Positions 14,590-26,172 of a DNA stretch of 64,000 nt are shown here, one piece after another. Made by a program: the position numbers and the translations under genes. The first letter of the stretch is position 1, and each line of letters opens with the position of its first letter. This DNA comes from a virus. The DNA lies in the IMG/VR virus record IMGVR_UViG_3300029305_002985, positions 68,092 to 132,091 of that record. One strand, written 5' to 3'. The notes under the pieces were generated by a model. That model ran no database searches. It was not told where the DNA came from and saw only the letters and a program-made list of their open reading frames with translations.

Positions 14590-16310
14590 TGGAATTGTCC
14601 CAATCTAAGGGGCAAAAGAAAATTGGATTATCAGAAGAACGCGTTAGGGCGGCGTTGCCAGTAGTGCGGCAATACGTCGCCTATTGGCGCGAGTATCCTG
14701 ATATGTTTGTGGAATTTTTGTGCGGCGATAATAAAGAAAACTTTTAGCTGTTTTTCTATCAGCGCCTATTCTTGCGCGCCGTTATGCGCCATAGATATGC
14801 GTATGCAACTTTCCCCCGTGCTTACTCTAAATCATTCTTATCAGTGCTTGTGTTAATGTTGCGCTGTGTGCTTTATCCTGGGTCTAAGTTATTCGTAACG
14901 ACTGGTGGTAAGGAACAGGCGGCAGGCATTGCTAAAGAAAAATCAGACGAGCTTTGTAAACTTATTCCAGGTTTGGCAAATGAGCTAGACTTGACAAGAG
15001 GTAAAACTAAAACTAGTAAAGATAATATTGAGCTTATTTTTAAAAATGGATCTAAGCTAGATATCATGGCGGCAAGGCAGTCTTCGCGTGGTCGTCGTGC
15101 AACAGGCGGTCTAATGGAGGAATGTATCCTTATCGATCAAACGCTATTGAATGAAGTTATTATTCCTACAATGAACGTTGACCGTAGATTGGCGGACGGC
15201 ACATGGCAGGAAAAAGAAACAGTTAATAAATCGCAGATTTATGTCACTACCGCGGGTTGGAAAAACAGTTTTGCTTATGAGAAACTTATTCAATTGCTTA
15301 TTCAGTCTATTATCGACCCGAGTGAAGCGATTGTTATGGGCGGCTCTTGGCGCGTTCCGGTTATGGAGAAGCTGCTTAAAAAGTCATTCATTGAAGAACT
15401 TAAGCTCGATGGAACTTATAACGATAGCTCCTTCGCGCGTGAGTATGAATCAGAATGGAGCGGCGATGCGGAGAACGCATACTTCTCAGCTGAAAAGTTT
15501 GATAAACATAGACAGCTATTGCAGCCTGAATACTAGTATAGCGAGCGTAGCTCTAAGAGCGCATATTATGTACTAGGCGTCGACGTAGGTCGTAAGGGTT
15601 GTACCACAGAGTGTGTCGTTATTAAGGTGACGCCGCAGGCCCAGGGTTCGGCGCTTAAGACTATCGTTAACATCTATACCTGGGACGAAGAGCACTTTGA
15701 GCAGCAGGCTATTAACCTTAAGCGCTTGTTCTACAAGTATCGTGCGCGCGCTATTGCGATTGACGCCAACGGTCTTGGTATTGGTCTTATTGACTTCATG
15801 GTGAAGAATCAAACCGATCCAGAAACAAATGAATTGCTCCCAAATTTTGGAGTTGAGAATGATGATGAAGGATTTTATAAAAAATATAAGGACGGAGACA
15901 CCGAAATAGATGCTATGTATCTAATCAAGGCCAATGCGCCCATTAACACCGAGGCGCACACCTACGTGCAGACTCAGCTTAGTAGTGGCAGAATTAAGTT
16001 CTTGATTGATGAGAACCAGGCTAAGGTTAAGTTAATGAGCACAAAGATGGGTTAGTCTATGGATAACAGCAAACGAGCTGATTATCTGATGCCCTTTACA
16101 CAGACGACTATTCTGCGTGAGCAGATGCTGAATCTTGTAGAAGAGAACGAGGGTGTTAATATTATCCTTAAGCAATCTTCTCGTAGTATCAAGAAGGATA
16201 AATTCTCCGCTTTTGAATATGGCTTATATTATGTAAAGCAAGATGAAGATAGAAAGCGCAAGAAGAAAAAGCGTAATATTAGTGAGATGATGTTTTTCAC
16301 TTCTAACTAA
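14589..16310 (+). CDS. terL: terminase large subunit, about 573 aa
   Basis: Fragments 14589-, 14772-15536, 15627-16055 and 16059-16310 are all in frame 0 and separated only by TAGs at 14745, 15534 and 16056. N-terminal ATPase region; C-terminal RNase-H-like nuclease motif YVLGVDVGRKG...AIAIDANGLGIG. Confidence 0.8.
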
Positions 16311-16385
16311 AAATTTTTAAGGACATTTTTGATAAATATGATTAACTTAATTTTTATATATATACAGTGAAGGAGGATTGGTATA

Positions 16386-16742
16386 ATGAGAGCTTCTAGA
16401 GGCGAGATAAAAGTCGCAGAGATACTCACTGAAGCCGGTTTGTCTTTTACCGAAGAATATTCTTTCCCGGACTTGTTAGGTCATACCGGACGCCCGCTCC
16501 GCTTTGATTTTGCTGTGTTCGATGATGATGGTGAACTTGATTTCTTAATTGAATACCAAGGTATCCAGCATTACGAGCCCAAGTCAAAATTCGGCGGCAT
16601 AGCAGGTTTACGCCAACAGCAGTATTATGATATGCAAAAACGCGAATATTGTAAGAAACATGGAATCATCCTTGTTGCAATACCTTACTTTGACGATCCG
16701 CGCCTAAACTATGACTACATAATGCATGCGGCCGGCTATTAA
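16386..16742 (+). CDS. DUF559/Vsr-like PD-(D/E)xK endonuclease; free-standing homing-endonuclease-like gene
   Basis: RPLRFDFAVFDDDGELDFLIEYQGIQHY...K resembles the E-x-D/Q-G-x-H core of Vsr/DUF559 nucleases. No TAG codon. RBS GAAGGAGG. Inserted between terL and portal. Confidence 0.55.
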   Translation: MRASRGEIKVAEILTEAGLSFTEEYSFPDLLGHTGRPLRFDFAVFDDDGELDFLIEYQGIQHYEPKSKFGGIAGLRQQQYYDMQKREYCKKHGIILVAIPYFDDPRLNYDYIMHAAGY

Positions 16743-16852
16743 GTTTAGTATGAGTTGACTTGACCGAAAATTTTTCGTATAATAAGAGAGAAAGAAAAGA
16801 GGTGCATATCTTGATCAATCGAAGAGAAGAGATTAAAGCAAAGGGTTTTAAA

Positions 16853-18391
16853 ATGACTCTTTCTAATAGCACCACAGATGCTGCTGAGCGTTCTATGACC
16901 GATTTTTCAAAAATTAAAGTCGGTTTGAAAACTTTAGAGGACGCGGTTATTGAGTTAGGTGATTATCGCAAAGCTAATCCGCGTCTCTCTGATAAAGCTG
17001 CTATTCTTCAAGCCATTAATAATAACGATATTGTGACAATGAGAGAGGTTTCCGCCTTTTTCTATCGCATCAGTGGTATTTATTCAAGACTTGTTAAGCA
17101 CTTGAGTAATTTCTATCGTTACGATTGGTTGCTTACCCCTTTTGTTCCTGAGTCAACTAAAATGACTCCAGAACGAATTATTGAGCAAACTAATCGTGGT
17201 CTTAATGCCCTTGATGAATTTCAAGTAAAAAGATATTTCGGCCGAGTGGCGCGAGAGGTCTTAATTAAGGGTTGCTACTATGGATATCGTATCCAGAATG
17301 GCGATTCTTATCAAGTTCAAGAGCTTCCGCAAAACTATTGCCGCAGTAGATTTAGCGTTAAAGGTAAGCCAGCAGTTGAGTTCCACATGAAGTTTTTTGA
17401 TGATCATTTTAAAGATGGTGAGCAAAAAATTAATGTGTTGAACTTATTCCCTAAAGAGTTTAGACAAGGCTACATTAAATATAAAAATGGAGAGTTGCCG
17501 CCTGCTTTTAAGGGAGATACTTCTGGCTGGTATTTATTAGATATTAATAGCACCGTAAAGTTTAATATTGGCGGCGTTGACTATCCATTATTTATGTCAG
17601 TTATTCCTCATATTATTGACTTGGATGCGGCACAAGATTTGGATAGAAAAAAGATGCAGCAAAAATTGTTAAAGATTATTATTCAAAAAATGCCACTCGA
17701 TAAGAATGGCGATTTAGTATTTGATGTTGACGAAGCGCAGGAATTGCATAATAATGCGGTTAAGATGCTAGGTAAGGCCATCGGTATTGATGTGCTTACT
17801 ACTTTTGCAGAAGTAGATGTTGCGGACTTAGCTGATAAGTCAAGCGTAACTTCTATTGATGAACTTGAGAAAGTAGAGCGCACAGTTTATAACGAATCAG
17901 GTACTGCTCAAAACTTATTCAACACAGATGGTAATATCGCTCTTGAAAAATCTATTCTTGACGATGAGGCAAGTTTGTATGATTTGATTTTACAATTCCA
18001 AGACTTTTTAAACGAGCTATTGGAACCCTTTAACAAGAACCCTAAGAAATTTTATCTTAGAGCACAAATTCTACCAACTACTATTTATAATTATAAAGAT
18101 ATGTCTAAATTATATAAAGAACATACTCAGCTTGGATATTCTAAGATGCTGCCGCAGGTGGCGCTTGGACAATCTCAAAGCACGATCTTGGCAACCGCTA
18201 AGTTTGAAAATGAGATTCTTGATTTGGTCAATGTCTTTATTCCCCCTATGTCTTCGAATACAATGAACTCTGATTCGTTGAAAAATCGCGGCAAGGGGTC
18301 AGATGGTGAAGAGAAGAAGGCAGGTCGTAAGGAAAAAGCTGACGACGAAAAATCAGAAAAGACCATCAAAAACAAAGAAAGTATGAACTAA
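16853..18391 (+). CDS. portal protein (by position, size and acidic C-terminus), about 512 aa
   Basis: Continuous ORF, no TAG, directly after terL. Start chosen at ATG 16853 (MTLSNS); the ORF-track version begins at an upstream TTG. Confidence 0.6.
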   Translation: MTLSNSTTDAAERSMTDFSKIKVGLKTLEDAVIELGDYRKANPRLSDKAAILQAINNNDIVTMREVSAFFYRISGIYSRLVKHLSNFYRYDWLLTPFVPESTKMTPERIIEQTNRGLNALDEFQVKRYFGRVAREVLIKGCYYGYRIQNGDSYQVQELPQNYCRSRFSVKGKPAVEFHMKFFDDHFKDGEQKINVLNLFPKEFRQGYIKYKNGELPPAFKGDTSGWYLLDINSTVKFNIGGVDYPLFMSVIPHIIDLDAAQDLDRKKMQQKLLKIIIQKMPLDKNGDLVFDVDEAQELHNNAVKMLGKAIGIDVLTTFAEVDVADLADKSSVTSIDELEKVERTVYNESGTAQNLFNTDGNIALEKSILDDEASLYDLILQFQDFLNELLEPFNKNPKKFYLRAQILPTTIYNYKDMSKLYKEHTQLGYSKMLPQVALGQSQSTILATAKFENEILDLVNVFIPPMSSNTMNSDSLKNRGKGSDGEEKKAGRKEKADDEKSEKTIKNKESMN

Positions 18392-18406
18392 GGAGAGGAG
18401 AAACCG

Positions 18407-19816
18407 ATGAATAAATCAGTTCAAACGATAAACTCTCCAGAGTTTATCAATTTACAACCCTTAGATATCAACCCATTAATGAGCGCTTGTGAGATTAAAG
18501 TTCTTTATGTAGGCGGCAACCGCAATGGTTCCTTTATTACAAAAGAAGTTGCAACCGATATGGCCAAGACTCTTCGTGGTGCGCCTATTGTAGGTTATTA
18601 CCGCAAAGATGTTGAAGATTTTGGTGATCACGGTCAACGCGTAATCATCGATGGTGATGGTATCAAATTCGAGTGCTTAACCGTTCCTTATGGTTTTGTA
18701 GCACCCGATGCCAAAGTTTGGTTCCAAGAATTTGAAGATACCAATGACTTTGGCGAAAAAACTGTGAGAGAATATCTAATGACTACTGGTTTCTTGTGGA
18801 CGGGTCAGTTCCCGGAGTGCAAGTCGGCAGTAGAGGGCGAAGGCAAGCCGCACTCTATGGAGCTTGATGAAGCATCTTTGGATGGACACTGGGCTAGAGA
18901 TACCAAAGGCATGGATTTCTTTATTATAAATGACGCAACATTTTCGAAGCTGTGCATTCTTGGCACCGATGTGGAACCTTGTTTCGAAGGTTCAAGCGTG
19001 AAGGCTCCTGAAGTTAGCGCGTCTTTTGCTAAGGTAGATGATGCCTTTAAGCAAACATTATTTAGCATGATGCGAGATTTACAATTCGCATTACAAGGAG
19101 GTCAGCAAATGGACGACACAACTATCGTAGTTGAGACTCCTGTTGTAGATCCTGCGGCCGAGCCTGTGACTGAGCCAGCAACGGAACCCGTTGCAGAACC
19201 AGCTACTGAGCCAGTGGCAGAACCTGCGCAAGAGCCCACTACAGACGATGGTCAGGGCGCCCCTGCTGCAATCGAGGATCCTGTTCCCGCAGAGCCTGCA
19301 CAAGAGCCTGCTGAGCCTCAGGACCCCGTGACTGAGCCCGCCGCAGAGCCTGCAACAGAACCTGTTGTTGAGCCTACCGCAGAGCCAGTTGCCGAGCCTG
19401 CTCCTCAAGAGCCTGATCAATATGCGCAGTTAGAGGCTGCTCATGCTGAACTTCAAGCTCAGTATGACGAGCTTTCTGCTCAATTTACTGCCCTTCAGGC
19501 AACCAACGAGTCGCTTACCGCGCAAATCGCTGGTTTAACAGAGTATCGCGCTCGCATCGAAAATGCAGAAAAGGACGCAATGATTAAAAAGTTCTACATG
19601 TTGTCTGACGAAGACAAGCAAGATATTGTGGCAAACAAGGCACAATACACTGTAGAAGAAATTGAAGAAAAGCTTTCTGTGCTTTGCTTCAGAAAACAAG
19701 TTAGCTTTGGCAAAGAGCCTGAGCAACAGCCTGTTGTTACCTTTAATCTTGGTGACTTGGGCGCTTCTCAACCCGCATGGCTTTCTGCGGTTGAAAATTA
19801 TAAGAAAAATAATTAA
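18407..19816 (+). CDS. scaffolding protein (possibly with an N-terminal prohead-protease-like domain), proline-rich EP(A/V)TEP(A/V) repeats and C-terminal coiled coil
   Basis: Tandem repeats EPVTEPATEPVAEPATEPVAEP in the middle. The C-terminus QLEAAHAELQAQYDELSAQFTALQATNESL is heptad-like. Sits between portal and capsid. Confidence 0.55.
   Translation: MNKSVQTINSPEFINLQPLDINPLMSACEIKVLYVGGNRNGSFITKEVATDMAKTLRGAPIVGYYRKDVEDFGDHGQRVIIDGDGIKFECLTVPYGFVAPDAKVWFQEFEDTNDFGEKTVREYLMTTGFLWTGQFPECKSAVEGEGKPHSMELDEASLDGHWARDTKGMDFFIINDATFSKLCILGTDVEPCFEGSSVKAPEVSASFAKVDDAFKQTLFSMMRDLQFALQGGQQMDDTTIVVETPVVDPAAEPVTEPATEPVAEPATEPVAEPAQEPTTDDGQGAPAAIEDPVPAEPAQEPAEPQDPVTEPAAEPATEPVVEPTAEPVAEPAPQEPDQYAQLEAAHAELQAQYDELSAQFTALQATNESLTAQIAGLTEYRARIENAEKDAMIKKFYMLSDEDKQDIVANKAQYTVEEIEEKLSVLCFRKQVSFGKEPEQQPVVTFNLGDLGASQPAWLSAVENYKKNN
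19140..19410 (+). repeat. tandem 12/15-nt repeats encoding the (T/A)EP(V/A) linker
   Basis: Repeated gagcc(t/a)g(t/c)(g/t)... units seen directly in the sequence. Confidence 0.5.
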
Positions 19817-19830
19817 GGAGGACTTAAGAA

Positions 19831-20337
19831 ATGGCTTTAATTAAGCGTATCGGTTATGGTCAGGTTGAGCCTAACCACCTTTCCGCTCAAAGAAATGGTC
19901 AAGTTTACGGTCAGCTTCCTGCTGCTGCAGACATTGAGGTTCTTGAGAATGGTCAGTTCGTAAAGTATAACTATGCTGAAGGTGTTTGTGACTTCGCAGG
20001 CGCCGGCGAGTGGATGCTCGTTCTTAATGAAGTAAAATTATATGACAGCTTCTGGAGAGAGTCTTACAAGGACTTCGCTATGAAGAAAGCTGATTATAAC
20101 AAGGGTGTTATGACTCCCCGTGTTATGAAGACTATGCCTGGTGACATCTTCACTACTAACTGCATTGCTGGCAGCGAGACTGATGCTGGCGTTGAGATCG
20201 CAGTTAAGGATGTGCTTGGCATCAACGCTAAGGGCTATCTTGAGAAGGATGCCGCTGGCGATATCCAATTCCAAGTTGTAAAAGTATACACTATGCCTGA
20301 CGGCCAACCCGGCGTTAAGGTTATGCGTATTAAGTAA
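19831..20337 (+). CDS. hypothetical head protein (decoration or auxiliary), 168 aa
   Basis: TAG-free ORF with RBS AAGGAGG, immediately upstream of the major capsid gene. Confidence 0.45.
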   Translation: MALIKRIGYGQVEPNHLSAQRNGQVYGQLPAAADIEVLENGQFVKYNYAEGVCDFAGAGEWMLVLNEVKLYDSFWRESYKDFAMKKADYNKGVMTPRVMKTMPGDIFTTNCIAGSETDAGVEIAVKDVLGINAKGYLEKDAAGDIQFQVVKVYTMPDGQPGVKVMRIK

Positions 20338-20354
20338 TAAAGGAGGACTGAATA

Positions 20355-21410
20355 ATGGCACTTGATAGAGCAAATCTTCACACATTAGGTAAGACTCTTG
20401 CCAGAGCTAAGGCCTCTGCACCTACTGCTTACTCTTTTGGTGAGAATAAATACAGCTATGCTGATCTTGACGGCACTTTCCGTCAGGAGTTAAATGAGCT
20501 CGTTGGCACTTATGCGCTTTACCGCGCTAATAAGAACGCTATGTTCGAGCTTTTCGAGGAAGTTATCACTGATGTGCTTCCTATTAAGGTTATGGAGCAA
20601 TATGGCGCTTTCGCTGAAATTAAGTCTTATCGTCAAGGCGAGCGTCCTGTGTTCGTTCAAAAGATCACTGAGGCTTCTAAGCGTCGTGCTAAGCAATTCG
20701 TGACTAAGGTTGGTCTTGCTGGCCGTTACGAAATCTTCAAGCTTGATGGTCGTAGCTACGAAGTAACAACTTCTGCTTACGGCGCTGCTTGCCAGATTTC
20801 TATCGAGGAGTTCCTTGATGGCCGCATTGACTTCGCTACTCTTCTTGACATCATGCTTGAGGGCTTTGATGAGGCTATTTACCGTGAGATCGCTGCTGCT
20901 CTGATCGGTTCGGTTGAGTCTCTTCAAGCTGGCAACAAGTTCGTTGGTTCTAGCTTCATCGAGGAAGAAATGGACGAGCTTCTTGCAGTTGCTGATGCTT
21001 ATGGTAGCGGTCGTTCAACAATCTACTGCACATTCGAATTCGCTTCTCAAATGCTTCCTGAGAACGGTTGGGTTTCTGACTCCATGAAGGATCAGGTCTG
21101 GGCAAATGGTTACCTTGCTAACTACAAGAACCACCAGGTTATCGTTCTTCGTCAGTCTTACACCGACACTGATAACCTTCACAAGGTGATCGATCCTTCT
21201 TACGCTTGGATTATTCCTGGCGGCGCTGAGAAGCCGATCAAGATCGCTTTCGAGGGTGACACTCTTATGAAGGAAATTGAGAGCCAGGATGACTGGTCTC
21301 GCGACCTTCAAATGTACAAGAAGATCGGCGTTGCCGCAATCGTGTACAACGACATCTGCGTATATCAAAACACATCTCTTAAGATGGATCGCGACGTAGA
21401 CGGCGAATAA
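20355..21410 (+). CDS. major capsid protein (HK97-fold size class), 351 aa
   Basis: TAG-free, strong RBS AAAGGAGG, followed by a strong terminator. Position is after the scaffold gene. Confidence 0.65.
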   Translation: MALDRANLHTLGKTLARAKASAPTAYSFGENKYSYADLDGTFRQELNELVGTYALYRANKNAMFELFEEVITDVLPIKVMEQYGAFAEIKSYRQGERPVFVQKITEASKRRAKQFVTKVGLAGRYEIFKLDGRSYEVTTSAYGAACQISIEEFLDGRIDFATLLDIMLEGFDEAIYREIAAALIGSVESLQAGNKFVGSSFIEEEMDELLAVADAYGSGRSTIYCTFEFASQMLPENGWVSDSMKDQVWANGYLANYKNHQVIVLRQSYTDTDNLHKVIDPSYAWIIPGGAEKPIKIAFEGDTLMKEIESQDDWSRDLQMYKKIGVAAIVYNDICVYQNTSLKMDRDVDGE

Positions 21411-21431
21411 TTAAACAGTAAACATATTTAA

Positions 21432-21465
21432 GGGAGGAAGGAAGGTGGGTCCTTCCTCCCTTTCC
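21432..21465 (+). terminator. rho-independent terminator after the capsid gene
   Basis: gggaggaagg-aaggtgggt-ccttcctccc followed by tttcc. Confidence 0.6.
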
Positions 21466-21505
21466 AAAACCAACCCACAAAATGGAGATAAAAGGAGATT
21501 ATAAT

Positions 21506-22114
21506 ATGATGACTAATAATAAAATGGTCAAAGTTACCAACCGTAGCAATAGCTTAGTAGGATATCACATCCCTGAGTTGCATGTAAAGAGACGCTTCGC
21601 ACCTAATGAGACAAAGACTCTCGCTGTTGATGAGATTTATGCTCTTCACGCACAAAAAGGCGGCAAAGCTTTAATTAAGAATCACTTGGTCCTTGATGAT
21701 CAAGATCTGGTCAATGAGTTGATTTATAATGTTCAGCCTGAGTATTACTATACTGCTGCCGAAGTGCAAGCACTTCTACTTCATGGCTCTAACGATCAGT
21801 TGCTCGACGCTCTTGACTTTGCTCCAGAAGGAGTTGTTGAGATGATTAAAAATGAGGCTGTTAAGTCTAAACTTAATGATGTACGCAAGCGTGAGATCAT
21901 TATGGAAAAGACTGGCTTTAATGTAACTAAGGCTATTGAAGCAAATGCGGAAAGTGAGAAGGTTGTTGTAGCACCCACAGGCCGTCGCGCGGCTCCTGTT
22001 AGCGCAGCACCTAAGTATGCTACTCTCTCTGCTTCAGAACCAGAAGCTGCTTCTGAGGCTCCAGCAAGACGCACTGCTGCACCTCGCTACTCGGTAAATG
22101 TAAAAAATAATTAA
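21506..22114 (+). CDS. hypothetical structural protein, about 202 aa
   Basis: Start MMTNNKMVKV after RBS AAAAGGAG. TAG-free. Confidence 0.5.
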   Translation: MMTNNKMVKVTNRSNSLVGYHIPELHVKRRFAPNETKTLAVDEIYALHAQKGGKALIKNHLVLDDQDLVNELIYNVQPEYYYTAAEVQALLLHGSNDQLLDALDFAPEGVVEMIKNEAVKSKLNDVRKREIIMEKTGFNVTKAIEANAESEKVVVAPTGRRAAPVSAAPKYATLSASEPEAASEAPARRTAAPRYSVNVKNN

Positions 22115-22138
22115 GAAAAGAATGAGAGGTAAGGGCCC

Positions 22139-23032
22139 ATGAACATAGTAATAAAGGCAGGTTCTGCCTCATTAACATAGTTTAGTTCTAATTTATCTTA
22201 TTCTTTAGAAGATATTAAAGTATATTCTGATAAAGAGATTACGAGTGTTAAATTAATAGCAGATAATCTTCCATATCCTTGTGAAGTAATAGACACTAAA
22301 ACTACTTTAGGAGATTTTGCTATTTATACGCTTGATGCTACAATTGCAATTGCTGAAAATAATTATATTGTTAGTTTTACAATGGAAGATGATACTACTG
22401 TATCATTATCTACAGCAATTCATTTAAGACAAGCATTTAGCAATAGTGACTTATAGGATGAACATACTGCTTTACTTGTTATAGATCGCACTATTCAAAT
22501 CATCCCTAATTAGGTAACTCTTGTTGCAGAAGATCATCTGTCATAGCAAATTCGTTTTAAGATTAGAAAAAGATATGATAATATTTCTTTTTTAGATAGC
22601 AGCTCAAAATATGTTTATATTGATTATATTCCTGCAAATTGGGAAATAGTAAAACAAGAGCTTGCAGAAGTAGCAACAGAAGAACAAAAGGAAATATTAA
22701 AAAATTTGTCTTTTATTCACAGTGCGGTTAGTATTGAAGATAATACTGATACTGATTATTCTTATATTCGTTGGGATGTGCCTTATTTAGCAACTTGTAA
22801 AGCAGGAACTCTCACAATCGCTCTTTCTATTGCAACAGCAAATACAGATTATTTATGGCAAACGACACCTGCTCATTTAACGGTATAGCCTAATATTGGT
22901 TTGCGTAAAAACAAAGGTAATATTAATGTTAGTACAATTAATGATCTTGATGCACGAATTTCTGCTTTAGAGCACATCTTCTCTGGAGAAGAGGACTCGC
23001 CTACCGTCGTTATTAAAGGAGGCGACTTATAA
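22139..23032 (+). CDS. hypothetical structural protein, about 297 aa with multiple sense TAGs
   Basis: Frame 2 is continuous from ATG 22139 (RBS GAGAGG) to TAA 23030-23032. The ORF-track fragment 22706-22888 lies inside it. Confidence 0.5.
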
Positions 23033-23490
23033 TGACAGAACTAAGCACTATTTATGAAGTTTTTTTAAGTAAGATTACAGATGATATGTATCTAGAACTT
23101 ACAAAAGATGAAACCTATAATATGATTTTTGATATTTTTAGAAACTCGTTGCACTGGTTTGAGTTTCCTCGTTTTGACCTATATTCTTTTAGTGAAGAGC
23201 TTGGATCATATCCCATTACACTGAGTCACGAAGAAATCAATATTATTGCGAATTATATGATTGTTGAATGGATTAATCAACAACTTGCAAGCATTGAGTT
23301 AGTGCGTATGAAATATAGTGGAAGTGACTTTAAGTTTACTTCACAAGCTAACCATATGCATAAACTCACTAATCTGCAAAAGGAATATGAGCGCAAAGGG
23401 TTTCATTTACAGCGCCTATACAAAAGGCGCAAAGCTGATGCTAATGGCATCATGAGATCGACATTTGGTTCTATTATGGATCCTAAGTAA
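23032..23490 (+). CDS. hypothetical protein (head-tail connector candidate), 152 aa
   Basis: ATG overlaps the previous TAA (TAATG). TAG-free. Confidence 0.5.
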   Translation: MTELSTIYEVFLSKITDDMYLELTKDETYNMIFDIFRNSLHWFEFPRFDLYSFSEELGSYPITLSHEEINIIANYMIVEWINQQLASIELVRMKYSGSDFKFTSQANHMHKLTNLQKEYERKGFHLQRLYKRRKADANGIMRSTFGSIMDPK

Positions 23491-23500
23491 GGAGGCCATT

Positions 23501-23824
23501 ATGGAGCTAATGAAATATAATCTATATGTTTCTACCGAGGGATTAGAGAAGCATCTTATGCGTCTGACAAACCAGATTTATAAGTTGCTTCCTAGTCGTG
23601 AGGAAGGTCTTGATTGGGAAAGACCTTTGGAGGCAATTATTGAAGAACTTGCGGGGCTTAATCGCCTTATGGAAAATAAATGCGAAGAAAGTTTTTTACC
23701 GCTTTGTTCAAAACTTGAAGGATTGTTTACGCTGACAAAAGACACAGATTTTCTGTTATTTAGAAGCACAATCTTTAAATGCTTAGGCTTGATGGGAGAT
23801 ATTAATAATTATGTCAAGTCTTGA
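23501..23824 (+). CDS. hypothetical protein, 107 aa
   Basis: RBS TAAGGAGG 6 nt upstream. Ends with TGA. Confidence 0.5.
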   Translation: MELMKYNLYVSTEGLEKHLMRLTNQIYKLLPSREEGLDWERPLEAIIEELAGLNRLMENKCEESFLPLCSKLEGLFTLTKDTDFLLFRSTIFKCLGLMGDINNYVKS

Positions 23825-24812
23825 TAATCTTAAAGCTCGTGTAAATTATCGCGGCGGCTCAGCTATAGAAAGAATGAAGTAGGATAAACTCCGTGGTCTA
23901 CACCAGGCGCTTCATTATTCATATCAGGCTGAAACTGCAGTACTGGCAGATGGCCGCGCGTTTAAATGCTTAATCAACCCCAATAAGATAAGCATGGAGC
24001 TTGATGACAAAATGTTATCTATTCCTTTTGAAGATATATGTGTCAACTGGGATAGATCAGAATCGCGCAAGAAAGAAAAAGAGCAAATTGGAGTTAAAGT
24101 TGGAGATACTATTGTATGGCAAGAAAACGGCACGCACTGGCTCGTTTATATGTAGTATTTGCAGGAAGATGCGTATTTCCGCGGTTTAATGCGTCAATGT
24201 GATACCGAAGTTTCCGTTAATGGAAAGTCATACTGGGTCTATTTGAAAGGACCGAGTGAGAAGGGTATTAATTGGCAAAAAACTAACAATTTTGTTTTTA
24301 ATAAATTGAATTATACCTTGGAAATGTATATTTCAAAAGATTAGAATACAAATGAGTTCTTTCAGCGATTTAAAAAATTAAAAGTTTAGGGAAAACCCTG
24401 GGAAGTGCAAGCAGTAGACTCAATTACTACTGAGGGCATTATCGCGGTTTACCTAAAAGAAGATTATACTAATGAATTTGAAGACACTACTGAAGAGCCA
24501 TTGCCGCCTGAAGAAGAAACTCCGGTAACTCCGGAAGAGCTTACTCCAGAGCCAATGCTGTTTAGAATGCGCCGCGTAGAGCCTTAGATTATTGGTCCCG
24601 CAGAAGTTCATGCGTTTGATGTGGTCAACTATTCAATAGAGGGCATTACTGGCGGAACATGGTCTTTAAGTAATAAGCGCGCACGCATTGCCGCAGTTAG
24701 TGAGTCTTCAGTGGAAATAGAGATTACCACTGGTAAAAGTGGTTCGGTAACATTAATTTACACTATTGACGGAATGGAGATTAAACATAATATCTCTATT
24801 CTATCATTATGA
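23811..24812 (+). CDS. hypothetical structural protein with C-terminal Ig-like (Big_2-like) domain, about 333 aa
   Basis: Fragments 24159-, 24405- and 24621-24812 share frame 0 with the ATG at 23811. The C-terminus EVHAFDVVNYSIEGITGGTWSLSN...VTLIYTIDGMEIKHNISI is Ig-like. Confidence 0.5.
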
Positions 24813-24830
24813 GATAAAAGGAGTTAAGTT

Positions 24831-25406
24831 ATGAAGAGAGATTTGGTTATGACTAGACCTTTGACTTCATCATTCTTATCATGCGAAAAAGATACTGAAA
24901 CTATTCTAAGAAAACTTTTTATTGAAAGTAGACCTTATAGCGATATACTAAAGCGTCTTTTGGTTGTGCAAAGCAAAGATTGCTTAGACGAGGATAAGTA
25001 TAATGAAAAAATTAAAGAGTATTCTGTCGCACGATTAGTAGATGAAGGATATATCTTTTTAAAGCCTATACTTTATTTTAAAGAGCATGAAAAAATTAAA
25101 TCTTATCTTTTATTACATTTTGATGATTTCTCTCCAGATTACAATAATCCAGAGTTTAGAGATTGCGAAGTAAGATTTGATATTATTTGTCATGCTGATC
25201 AATGGGATTTAAAAGATTATCAACAAAGACCTTTAAAAATAGTTGGATATATTGATGGCTTATTAAATAAAACCAAGCTTTCAGGTATCGGCACCCTGTA
25301 GTTTAAATCTTGTTATTAGACTACAATTAATGAAACTATATCAGGATATACGCTGGTGTATGAGGCAACTCATGGCAGCGATGATCAAATTCCCGCAGAT
25401 GAATAA
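24831..25406 (+). CDS. hypothetical protein, about 191 aa (reads through the TAG at 25299)
   Basis: RBS AAAAGGAG. Frame 0 continues to the TAA at 25404-25406. Confidence 0.45.
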
Positions 25407-26157
25407 TGAGTTGCTTTTACTCTCAGGCAATGATATTCCTTTTATTGAAGCCGGTTTAACTATTCATCCTTTAACAATGCGAGAAATTGCATTGTTAGGA
25501 GAAGAAGCATTTTTTACCGGTTGTGAATTATTGAAGTTTTCAAAAGATATACTATCAATTGAGGACAAAGTTAATTTATCGAATTATAGTGATTTTCAAA
25601 TATTAATGTCAATAATGAGTGATAATAGTGTTGCGATGCAAAATAATGTATCCTCAGCTCGAATGGTGCTTGACTTACTATTTCCATTATACACTGTTAC
25701 TATTTCTCCTTTTGGAATTATATGTTCTTAGAATGATGAGGTTTGCGGTGCAATTACAGAGTCTAACTTTGATGCATTTAAACAATTAATAAAAAAGGTT
25801 TTTTGCTTAGAAAAAACCTCCTAGTCTCAAGAGTATGATCCAACTGGTGAATTAGCAAAAAAGATTGCAGATAAGTTTAAGAAAAGAAAACAATAGCTTG
25901 CCGAGCTTAAACAAAAGCCTGAAAAGGTTGCAATCTTAAGTAGATATATTTCGATTTTAGCAGTGGGAGAGCATAAGGATATTAATAACCTTATGAATTA
26001 CACTGTTTATCAATTATTTGATGAATTCCAGCGCTTCGAATTGAAGCTTGCCTATGATATGAATCTTAAGGCGCGGCTGGCTGGAGCCAAAGATGTTAAA
26101 GAGCCTGAGGATTGGATGAAAGATATCCATGACGGCTCAATTCAAAATAAAAATTAA
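25399..26157 (+). CDS. hypothetical protein, about 252 aa (alternative start 25330)
   Basis: Frame 1. Fragments 25330-25731 and 25963-26157 are joined through TAGs. Overlaps the previous gene by 8 to 77 nt. Confidence 0.45.
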
Positions 26158-26172
26158 GGAGGACAACACTTT

